From NCBI GenBank assembly GCA_016184005.1, contig JACPDL010000003.1, forward strand, positions 171,632 through 235,631: 64,000 nt of DNA, written 5' to 3'. Origin of the DNA: Candidatus Aenigmatarchaeota archaeon (GTDB lineage: Archaea; Aenigmatarchaeota; Aenigmatarchaeia; GW2011-AR5). Within the stretch, counting starts at the first letter, position 1, and each line of letters begins with the position of its first letter. Made by a program: the position numbers and the translations under genes. Below, piece by piece: positions 34,406-42,599 of this stretch. The notes under the pieces were generated by a model, which saw only the letters and a list, made by a program, of their open reading frames with translations, ran no database searches and had not been told where the DNA came from.

Positions 34406-36286
34406 TCATTCCCATTCTGTCGTGGCCGCGGGCTTTGTGGAAACGTCCCTGAAGACAGCTTTCACGTCTTTCAAATATGGACTATTGAGTATTTTTCTTG
34501 CCGTCTCGTCAAAAACCTGCTCGGGGGCCTCGTCAGGAACCCTCAAAGGTCTGACGCTTCTGAAGTCTTGCGTATGAACGTCTCTCATCGCAATTCCGAC
34601 GCCGTCAAAAAGCGGGAAGGCTATTACAGGCAGCTGGGCCGGTTTCACTCCGTACTCGTCGAACGTCTTTTCGGCTATTTCTGTCGCTTCCTGTACCAGC
34701 CTGATGTTCCGCTTGTTTATTTCAAGGCCGCCTTCAATGCCAAGATTTTCGTATTCGCCGAAACCGTCTCTTGCCCATTCCCTGTGAAGAAATATTGTCC
34801 TGTTTATCGGCAGCTCTTCTGCCAGTTCTTTCTGCGCTCTGGCAGCTGACCCCCAGTCCCTGTCGCCTACAATAAGTGCCAGATGCTCAAAGCTTCTTCC
34901 GTCCCCTTTCAAACCCACGGTCTTTATCGGCAATGCATAGCCTTCAAACCCATGGCGCCTTGCTATGTAATAGACCCTCTTGTCTGTTTCATCGTCAACC
35001 GGATATGTGCCCGAGACAATCCTCAGCGACAGCCCGGGCCCAGGAAAAGGTTTTCTATGGGCAACATAATCAGGAATTCCCAGTTTCTCTGCAAGTTTCC
35101 TGGCCTGGTCCTTGCTGAGATATCTCAGCGGCTCTACAGTATGCAGCCTGTGTTTTTTGTCTACATTATGATGCGTTTTTATTGTGGCTACCGTGCCTTT
35201 GTCGCCGCTTGTTTTTCTTGAAGCTTCTTTCCCGCTTTCCCTCCTGTCCGTTGCAAGAGTCCCGTCTACGAATACAACATCGCTTTCTGCCAGCCCGAAT
35301 GAATCCAAGACATCATCTGTTGTCCTGTTATAGACTTCTCTGAAAGCCTTCCTTTTGTCCTCCGGATCCGCGAGGCCCCGAAAAGCAGCGATCGTCTGGT
35401 CGCCATAATCCAGCACCGTTATTTTTTTGCCTGATATTTCTTCGAGATATTTCTTTACAGTTCCGGCTTCATCCTTTCTTTGAACGCCCATATCGAGGTG
35501 GATACCTATAACGTCTACTCCGGCCATTATTGCAAGCATGTACGCTACTGTTGAATCCACGCCGCCGCTCAGGTATACAAGGGCTTTTCTTTTTCCCACA
35601 TTATCCTTTATCTCATCCACTGCCCGCTTAGCGTATCTTTCTACATCGCTGCGTACAATTCCATATTTTTCTGCAGATTGCCTTAGCGTCCGCCAAGCTT
35701 CTGACAGCCAACTTGATAGCCATCTTCTTCGTGTCGTGGTTCCGCACATTATTTCAGCGAAATTCCTCAGCATCTGCGTTCCATACGCGGTATGCGCCAG
35801 CTCGGGGTGAAACTGGACGCCTATCTTGTTCCCGTGCGCCATGGCCGCTACCAGGTATTTGTCTGAATATGCAATAACATCAAAATCACCGGGCTCCGAG
35901 ACAGCGTCTCCATGGTTGTTCCAGACTATGGACTCCCTGGGAACATGCTCGAAAAGCGGATGGTCTTTCACGATTGCTATCCTGGATTCTCCGTATTCCC
36001 TTCCTGTCGTGATTGCCGCCCCGAAATGCTGGCCCATAAGCTGGCTGCCGTAGCAGATGAGAAGAGCGGGCGTTTCAGACTCAAATATTCCGGGGTCGTA
36101 CGGATACCTGTCCCTGTCGCAGACGCTTTTGGGGCCGCCGGAAACAATGAATCCGTCAAAGGCCCGCAACGCTTCCGCTTTTGTGTCGCTGGACAGATAA
36201 GCCGCCTTGTGCCCGAGAAATTCAAGCCTGTTGCCTATCAGGTCCGTATGCTGCCCGCCGAATTCAAGTATGCAGAAAACGCCCAT
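34406..36286 (-). CDS. guaA: GMP synthase (glutamine-hydrolysing), fused GATase plus ATP-pyrophosphatase
   Basis: Class I GATase (Cys-His), PP-loop SGGVDS, GMP-synthase C-terminal domain. Confidence 0.85.
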   Translation of the reverse strand: MGVFCILEFGGQHTDLIGNRLEFLGHKAAYLSSDTKAEALRAFDGFIVSGGPKSVCDRDRYPYDPGIFESETPALLICYGSQLMGQHFGAAITTGREYGESRIAIVKDHPLFEHVPRESIVWNNHGDAVSEPGDFDVIAYSDKYLVAAMAHGNKIGVQFHPELAHTAYGTQMLRNFAEIMCGTTTRRRWLSSWLSEAWRTLRQSAEKYGIVRSDVERYAKRAVDEIKDNVGKRKALVYLSGGVDSTVAYMLAIMAGVDVIGIHLDMGVQRKDEAGTVKKYLEEISGKKITVLDYGDQTIAAFRGLADPEDKRKAFREVYNRTTDDVLDSFGLAESDVVFVDGTLATDRRESGKEASRKTSGDKGTVATIKTHHNVDKKHRLHTVEPLRYLSKDQARKLAEKLGIPDYVAHRKPFPGPGLSLRIVSGTYPVDDETDKRVYYIARRHGFEGYALPIKTVGLKGDGRSFEHLALIVGDRDWGSAARAQKELAEELPINRTIFLHREWARDGFGEYENLGIEGGLEINKRNIRLVQEATEIAEKTFDEYGVKPAQLPVIAFPLFDGVGIAMRDVHTQDFRSVRPLRVPDEAPEQVFDETARKILNSPYLKDVKAVFRDVSTKPAATTEWE

Positions 36287-36287
36287 C

Positions 36288-36824
36288 TTATTCCTGTTCT
36301 TTCAGTCTTTTTATGATTAAATTTACTATCATTCCGGGCTTTTTCTTCGCGGTGTCTACAACAATGTCAGCTTCGTTTTTCTGGTCAAAATAGTCGAAAC
36401 CGTATATGCGAAGCCAATTGCTCCTTTCCAATCTTTCTTTTTTAACCAGCTTTTTTGCAGCTACTGTAGTTGGAATGTTATCTCTTTTTGCATAGCGTTG
36501 TGCCCTGACATTTCTAGGTGCTTTGAGCCATACAGACAAGTCATCAAATCCTTTGAGCATTCTTACAGCTAGCTTGCCATCAATTACAATATTTCCTTTT
36601 TTTGCATAAGTTTTTGCCAGTTCATCAGAATTTATGTGGAATTTTTTCAGGCCTTTTATTTTCCACATGGCTATGCTCTTGTCGGTTTCTTTTGCTTTGG
36701 CACCGGCATGGCTTTTGTTGTAGTCGCCAACGGAAAAATGCTTCAATCTCAGCTTCTTGGCAAGCAGCTTCGCTGTGGTTGAGGAGCCGCAGCCGGGCTG
36801 CCCGGAAATAACTATTACTGCCAT
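36288..36824 (-). CDS. cmk: Cytidylate kinase (archaeal type)
   Basis: P-loop VIVISGQPGCGSST, ~178 aa, archaeal CMP-kinase-like. Confidence 0.65.
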   Translation of the reverse strand: MAVIVISGQPGCGSSTTAKLLAKKLRLKHFSVGDYNKSHAGAKAKETDKSIAMWKIKGLKKFHINSDELAKTYAKKGNIVIDGKLAVRMLKGFDDLSVWLKAPRNVRAQRYAKRDNIPTTVAAKKLVKKERLERSNWLRIYGFDYFDQKNEADIVVDTAKKKPGMIVNLIIKRLKEQE

Positions 36825-36850
36825 CTGCTAATCTTTGTTTCTCAGCTTAA

Positions 36851-36900
36851 AATCCAATCCCTTTCTTAAAAGAAAGGTCTTGGAGAACCCCAAAGAATAA
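36851..36900. repeat. Family-C repeat, copy 2
   Basis: aatccaatccctttcttaaaagaaaggtcttggagaaccccaaagaataa. Confidence 0.7.
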
Positions 36901-36969
36901 ATATGGCTGCTTTGTGTCTTGCTATCGGAACTACAAACCAAAGGCTTTCTGCTTGGAGAACCCCAAAGT

Positions 36970-37076
36970 CTTGGGAGAAGCGAAGCTTCTCCGAGATCTT
37001 CAGAGAAACCTCGTTTCTCTGAGATTCCGAAATCCTATGGATTTCGAGAATTCCAAAAAGCTGCGCTTTTTGAGAA
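36970..37076. repeat. Family-M MITE-like element, full copy: four consecutive perfect hairpins
   Basis: gagaagc-gaa-gcttctc; cagagaaac-ctc-gtttctctg; cgaaatcc-tat-ggatttcg; caaaaagc-tgc-gctttttg. Flanked by the 19-bp direct repeat aataaatatggctgctttg (36896-36914 and 37077-37095). Confidence 0.75.
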
Positions 37077-37083
37077 AATAAAT

Positions 37084-38256
37084 ATGGCTGCTTTGCAGCC
37101 TATTAAATCTTCGGTTAGAACGATAGTTATGCTTGAAAAATACAAGGAAATGCTGGAGGACAGGACGGCGATGGGCGGGCTCGCGACATTCGTGCCGAAC
37201 AAGAAGCTTCCAGTATATAACTGGCTGTATTTTAAGGAGGGCTTCTCGAAAGAACTGGTTAATTTTCTGGCAGAACAATTCAGGCTGCAGCCCGGCATGA
37301 CTGTTCTGGATCCTTTTTGCGGCTCGGGCACGACACTGGTTGCGTGCAGAGAGCTCGGCGTCGACAGCATAGGCTTTGACGTCCTGCCGCTGTCTGTTTT
37401 TGCCGCGCACGTGAAGACAAGAGGCTACGATACTGCAAAACTGAAAGAAGCGTCCGCACAGCTGTTTTCCCAGAGGTTCATGAAAATAAAAGAAGAATTT
37501 CCGCCTATAATGAAAAAAGCATTCTCAAAATACGCCCTTGAAGACATATCTTTCTTTCGCAGAAACATCGCGCAGATAGAAGACGGCACCATGAGGAATT
37601 TCTTTTTGCTGGCCCTGATAAGCGCTGCCATAAGGGTCAGCTACGCCTGGAAAGACGGTGCGGTGATAAAAATAAGGAAATCCCACAGGCCGCCTTTACG
37701 ATTCATGCTGAAAAGAACGATACAAAGAATGGTAAAAGACGCGGGTAAAATGAAAGGCCGGGCACAATGCACTGTTCAGCAGCGCGATGCAAGGACAATG
37801 AAGCTTGATGATGAAACCATAGATGCAATCATAACCTCCCCGCCTTACCTCAACCAGATAGATTACACAAAGGTCTACGAGATCGAGAACCTTTTCATCA
37901 GGGGCTTATATGAAAAACCGCCAATGAGGTCTTACATAGGGCTTGAAAGCGACACAGAGTTCCTGCCTGAACTGGATCTGCCAAAAGCAGCCAACGCCTA
38001 TTTCCATGATATACATGAAGTCCTGGAAGAAATGCACCGTGTGTGCAAACCGGGAGCACCGGTCGCTGTTGTCGTCGGCAACGCCTATTTTCCAGGCAGG
38101 ATAGTAGACAGCGACCTGATTATATGCCATCTGGCCGATTCAGCAGGATTTAAGATTGACAGAATATCTGTATTGAACGCGCGCTATGCACTGGAAGACC
38201 GCACAACAAAGAAAGGCGTGCTCCGGGAAAGCATGATAATAATGCACAAATCATAA
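37084..38256 (+). CDS. DNA methyltransferase (N6-adenine/N4-cytosine type, SPPY motif), apparently solitary
   Basis: Motif I LDPFCGSGTT and motif IV ITSPPY. Track ORF begins at 36919 by reading through the repeat; start placed at the ATG inside the duplicated 19-mer. Confidence 0.65.
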   Translation: MAALQPIKSSVRTIVMLEKYKEMLEDRTAMGGLATFVPNKKLPVYNWLYFKEGFSKELVNFLAEQFRLQPGMTVLDPFCGSGTTLVACRELGVDSIGFDVLPLSVFAAHVKTRGYDTAKLKEASAQLFSQRFMKIKEEFPPIMKKAFSKYALEDISFFRRNIAQIEDGTMRNFFLLALISAAIRVSYAWKDGAVIKIRKSHRPPLRFMLKRTIQRMVKDAGKMKGRAQCTVQQRDARTMKLDDETIDAIITSPPYLNQIDYTKVYEIENLFIRGLYEKPPMRSYIGLESDTEFLPELDLPKAANAYFHDIHEVLEEMHRVCKPGAPVAVVVGNAYFPGRIVDSDLIICHLADSAGFKIDRISVLNARYALEDRTTKKGVLRESMIIMHKS

Positions 38257-38381
38257 AAAATAAATTGTAAGTTTAAAAATTCAACGCTTAATCAAGGAAT
38301 GGTTAAAAATGAACTATAGCAAAGAACTGTCTTTGAATATATTTCTTTGGGACATCTGCAGGAATTCTCAATTCCTGCGAT

Positions 38382-38445
38382 GCAAGAGAAGCCTTGCTTC
38401 TCTTCGCATACAAAGACCTTTCTTTGCTAAAGAAAGGGATTTGTT
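38382..38445. repeat. Family-A start-codon-abutting palindromic element
   Basis: gcaagagaagccttgcttctcttcgcatacaaagacctttctttgctaaagaaagggatttgtt-ATG. Confidence 0.7.
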
Positions 38446-39273
38446 ATGAATAGAATAGTTTTTGTCGGGACGGGCGGCGGACGCCATGCTGTTTCTTCGC
38501 AGGTGCGGAAAACAGGCGGAATATTTGTAGAGCTTGACGGCCTGAAATTCATCATAGACCCGGGTCCCGGATCTCTGGTTTTTTCAAGATTCCTGGGATT
38601 AGAGCCTGAAAAATGGGACGGCATGCTCCTTTCACATTATCACATCGACCAATCAAGCGACGCAAACGCGCTGATAGACGGAATGAAGGACCCCGCACCC
38701 GTAGGTGAAGAGGCTGCAAAAGAAATATTCCTGATTGCAGAAGAACACTGCGTCAACATGAAAAAAGACCATGACGAATATCCAAGAATAAGCAAATTCC
38801 ATCAAAGGCTGGTCAAGAACCTGCATGCAGCGAAGCCTGGGCAGGATATTTCCCTGGGAAAAATAAAGGTAAAAACAACCGGAACGGAACACGGCGTGCC
38901 GAACGTGGGCTTTGTGATTTCAGGATCGCTAAGAATAGGCTATCCTTCTGACGGGATATATTATTCAGGGCAGGAAAAAAAATTTGATAACTGCGACATA
39001 CTAATCTTGAATGTCCCTATCCCTAAAGGCGGCGAATCGAAGCACAAGGTTTACATGAGCGTGGACGACGCAATAAAGCTTGTGAAAAGCATAAACAGCA
39101 AGCCCAGAATTGTAATTCTGACTCATTTCACCCCGTGGATGCTGCGCTCTAACCTGTTCAAGCAGGCAAAAATAATGCAGGATGCAACCGGCGTCAAAAC
39201 GATCTTTGCGCAAGACTTCATGGAAATGGACATGAAAAACTTCCAGACAAAAGTATTGCAATTGAAACTCTAA
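38446..39273 (+). CDS. Metallo-beta-lactamase-fold hydrolase
   Basis: LLSHYHIDQSSD (HxHxD-type motif) plus downstream His/Asp ligands. Confidence 0.65.
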   Translation: MNRIVFVGTGGGRHAVSSQVRKTGGIFVELDGLKFIIDPGPGSLVFSRFLGLEPEKWDGMLLSHYHIDQSSDANALIDGMKDPAPVGEEAAKEIFLIAEEHCVNMKKDHDEYPRISKFHQRLVKNLHAAKPGQDISLGKIKVKTTGTEHGVPNVGFVISGSLRIGYPSDGIYYSGQEKKFDNCDILILNVPIPKGGESKHKVYMSVDDAIKLVKSINSKPRIVILTHFTPWMLRSNLFKQAKIMQDATGVKTIFAQDFMEMDMKNFQTKVLQLKL

Positions 39274-39375
39274 AGCTTAGGTATTGCGAACAAAAATAAG
39301 TTGTTCAATGGGCTTGGCTATAAAGCCTGTGAGAGAGCTTGTTAATAATTAAAATGCATTACCTAAGAGAATACT

Positions 39376-41760
39376 ATGCTCGAGCCGAAACTGAAGGAAA
39401 AATCCTGGAAGAAGGAATTCGAACAAGGAATATGCGAGAAGTGGAAAAAAGATGAAGCATACGCTTTTGTTGATGATGATAAAAAACTGTTCAGCATAGA
39501 CACGCCGCCGCCGTACGTCAACACTCCTATACATATCGGGCATGCGACCACATATTCTTTGATGGACATGTTTGCCCGCTTCAGACGGATGAAAGGCTTC
39601 AAGGTTTTATTTCCTCTGGGGCTGGACAGGAACGGCCTGCCTATCGAGATGGCTGCAGAGAAGAAATTTAACGTATCGCTGAAAGATGTTTCACGGGAAC
39701 GCTTCATCGATCTCTGCAAGCAGATTCTTGAGGAATCCAGCACAGCTACTATGGACTCCTTCTTGCGCCTTGGGATAAGCTTCAACTCCTGGGAAACAGG
39801 AGGCAAGACAGGCGACGTTTATCTTACCGATTCGGATGAGTACAGGGCTCTTACACAAGCAACTTTCATAGACATGTGGCAAAAAGGCCTGATATACGAA
39901 GACGAAAGGGTGAATAATTATTGTCCTGGCTGCAAAACAACCATAGCAGATGCAGAAATAGAGTATGCAGACCTCCCATCGTCTTTAGTTTCCATCAATT
40001 TCAGGGTAAAACATTCACACGAGAGCATAGTCATTGCGACTACCAGACCTGAACTTGTTTGCAGCTGCAGCATGATAATATTCCACCCGGACGATGAACG
40101 ATACAAGCATCTTGAAAGCAAGACAGCAGTCACACCATTGTACGGGAAAGAAGTTCCTATAAGATCACATCCTTATGCTGATCCAGCAAAAGGAACAGGC
40201 CTGATGATGATGTGCTCTTTCGGCGACCAGGCAGACATAAGATTTTTCCGCGAGCAGAAAATGCAACCAGTCATTTCCATTAACCAGGACGGCAGGATGA
40301 ACAGGAGCGCGGGCTTTCTCGAAGGGCTTCTGGTGAAAGAAGCCAGGGATAAGATGAAGGAGAAGCTAAAGGAAAAGGGCTTTGTTGTTGATGAGAAGAA
40401 GCTGATACACAGAACACCAATATGTGAAAGGAGCAAGCACCCGATAGAATTCATACACATGAAAGAGTTCTACTTGAAACAGCTGGATTTTATTGGCAAC
40501 ATAAGAGACATTTCAAAGGAGATAAATTTCTTCTCCTCCCATAGCAGGCAAATACTCCTTGACTGGCTAGACTCTGTGACCCTGGACTGGGCTGTCTCAC
40601 GCAGGCGCTACTATGCAACTGAAATTCCCTTATGGTACTGCAATTCGTGCAAGGAGACGATAGTCCCGCAGAAAGGAAACTATTATAAACCATGGAAGGA
40701 AAAGCCGCCGGTTGAAAAATGCAAATGCGGCTCTTCTGATTTTCGCGGAGAAGACCGAGTGCTCGACACGTGGTTCGACTCCTCAATATCGCCGCTGTAC
40801 ATAATGAAATACGGCACAAAATTTTTCGAAAACAACACTCCCTGCTCCTTGAGACCGCAAGGAAAAGAAATAATCAGAACATGGCTTTATTACACACTGC
40901 TTAGATGCTATCTGCTGAAAGGAAGCAACATTTTCAAGGATGTCTGGATAAATTACCATATTCTTGACGACAAGGGCAAGAAGATGAGCAAAAGTTTAGG
41001 AAATGTCATCGATCCGCATAAAATACTTGAACGCTATGGTGCTGAGCCTTTCCGTTTGTGGTGCGCTGTCGAAGGCAATCTTGCAGATTCTGACTTGAAA
41101 TGCTCGTTCGAGCGCATAGAAGGCGCTGCAAAGACGATAACCAAACTGTGGAATGTCGCGCGCTTCATCTCAATGTTTGAGATGCCAGATCTGGGGCTGC
41201 AGGATGTCATTTGTGAGACCGACAAAGCAATAATAAACGAGCTGGCAGAAATAACCGACCTTGCAGACGACTATTACATGAAATATGATTTCCATTCGCC
41301 TGCGGCAAGAATAAAGAACTTCCTGTGGGAAGCCTTTGCTTCGCACTACATGGAAATCGTCAAACCCAGGACATACAACCAGGACAAGGAATTCACAAAA
41401 GAAGAACAGCTTTCTGCGCTGTTCACATTGCATTATTGCCTGAAGACGCTGCTGAAATTACTGGCTCCGATAATCCCAATGGCAACATACAGGATATACA
41501 GCGACCTCTACGGAGGCGATATCCATGCAGAAGAATTTCCGAAAGCCGGCAAGAAGTTTCTTGCGTCTTTCACGATCTCAGACTTGTCCGAGCTGAACGG
41601 CATGATATGGAAAGCCAAGAAAGACAAGCAACTATCATTGAAATCGCCAATCAAGTCACTGACTGTCTCAAAGAAATTCTTCCAGGCAGAAAAAGACATG
41701 ATAGCTGCGCATAATACGGAAAAAATAGAGTACGGCGACAGGACCGAAGTAGAGCTCTAG
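39376..41760 (+). CDS. valS: Class I aminoacyl-tRNA synthetase, most likely valyl-tRNA synthetase
   Basis: HIGH (PIHIGHA) and KMSKS (KMSKSLGN) motifs; FARFRRMKGFKVLFPLGLDRNGLPIE resembles ValRS; 794 aa. Confidence 0.65.
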   Translation: MLEPKLKEKSWKKEFEQGICEKWKKDEAYAFVDDDKKLFSIDTPPPYVNTPIHIGHATTYSLMDMFARFRRMKGFKVLFPLGLDRNGLPIEMAAEKKFNVSLKDVSRERFIDLCKQILEESSTATMDSFLRLGISFNSWETGGKTGDVYLTDSDEYRALTQATFIDMWQKGLIYEDERVNNYCPGCKTTIADAEIEYADLPSSLVSINFRVKHSHESIVIATTRPELVCSCSMIIFHPDDERYKHLESKTAVTPLYGKEVPIRSHPYADPAKGTGLMMMCSFGDQADIRFFREQKMQPVISINQDGRMNRSAGFLEGLLVKEARDKMKEKLKEKGFVVDEKKLIHRTPICERSKHPIEFIHMKEFYLKQLDFIGNIRDISKEINFFSSHSRQILLDWLDSVTLDWAVSRRRYYATEIPLWYCNSCKETIVPQKGNYYKPWKEKPPVEKCKCGSSDFRGEDRVLDTWFDSSISPLYIMKYGTKFFENNTPCSLRPQGKEIIRTWLYYTLLRCYLLKGSNIFKDVWINYHILDDKGKKMSKSLGNVIDPHKILERYGAEPFRLWCAVEGNLADSDLKCSFERIEGAAKTITKLWNVARFISMFEMPDLGLQDVICETDKAIINELAEITDLADDYYMKYDFHSPAARIKNFLWEAFASHYMEIVKPRTYNQDKEFTKEEQLSALFTLHYCLKTLLKLLAPIIPMATYRIYSDLYGGDIHAEEFPKAGKKFLASFTISDLSELNGMIWKAKKDKQLSLKSPIKSLTVSKKFFQAEKDMIAAHNTEKIEYGDRTEVEL

Positions 41761-41779
41761 CAGAACCTGAGGCGATGAA

Positions 41780-42556
41780 ATGATACAACTTCATGGCATT
41801 AAAACAGGGAAACAGACAGAAAATTTCCGCCTTGTGGAATGCATACTCTCTTCGCTGAAAAAGAATAAAACAAGACTTGAAAACAATGACGTGCTTGCCA
41901 TATCCTCTAAATTTGTAGCGCTTGCTGAAGGCAGGATCGTGAAGCTAAGCGGCATAAAGGCCGGCAGGAAAGCAAAAGAAATTTCCAGGAAACTGGGAAT
42001 GAAGCCGGAAATGGCACAGCTTGTTCTGGACGAGGCAGAAAAGATATTTTCCGGGGTAGAGAACTTCCTTCTCGCAATAAAAGACGGCATGATAGCGCCT
42101 AACGCGGGCATAGACAGGTCAAATATCTATCCCGGCTATGCGATCCTTTACCCTGAAAATTCATTCAAAGCAGCTGAAAACATCAGGAAGGAAATCCGCA
42201 GGAAGACTGGAAAAAATATAGGCGTAGTCATTACTGACAGCAGGCTGATGCCGACAAGGATAGGAACAACGGGAATAGCAATTGCTGTTTCCGGGCTCGA
42301 ACCTGTCCAGAACTGCATAGGAAAGAAAGACCTTTTCGGCAATATACTTAAGTATACAAAACGCGCGCTTGCGGACGACATGGCATCTGCCGCGCAGATG
42401 CTGATGGGCGAGACGAATGAAGCAGTGCCGATTGTTTTGCTGAGAGCTAAAGACCCGCCATGGAAGTATACCAATAGAAAGATCAAAAAAACCGAGATGG
42501 CAATAGACTGGAGAAAAGATATCTACATCTGCGGTCTCCAGAGTACAGATATATAG
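41780..42556 (+). CDS. CofE-like protein (F420-0:gamma-glutamyl ligase family fold)
   Basis: VLAISSKFVALAEGRIV resembles the conserved SxKxVSKAEGR motif of the CofE/FbiB N-terminal domain. Confidence 0.5.
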   Translation: MIQLHGIKTGKQTENFRLVECILSSLKKNKTRLENNDVLAISSKFVALAEGRIVKLSGIKAGRKAKEISRKLGMKPEMAQLVLDEAEKIFSGVENFLLAIKDGMIAPNAGIDRSNIYPGYAILYPENSFKAAENIRKEIRRKTGKNIGVVITDSRLMPTRIGTTGIAIAVSGLEPVQNCIGKKDLFGNILKYTKRALADDMASAAQMLMGETNEAVPIVLLRAKDPPWKYTNRKIKKTEMAIDWRKDIYICGLQSTDI

Positions 42557-42599
42557 TAATTTAGTTTTATTATATACAAAATAGTTGTTGTGAGGCTCT

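Noticed and set aside
34077-34415. Several minus-strand ORFs inside the nucleotidyltransferase gene (33076..33414, 33706..34323, 34077..34415)
   Set aside because: Antisense to a gene with clear family motifs.
36919-37083. N-terminal 55 aa of the methyltransferase ORF (MLSELQTKGFLLGEPQSLGRSEASPRSSEK...)
   Set aside because: Encoded by the inserted Family-M repeat and the duplicated 19-mer, so likely not part of the ancestral protein. It may nonetheless be translated.
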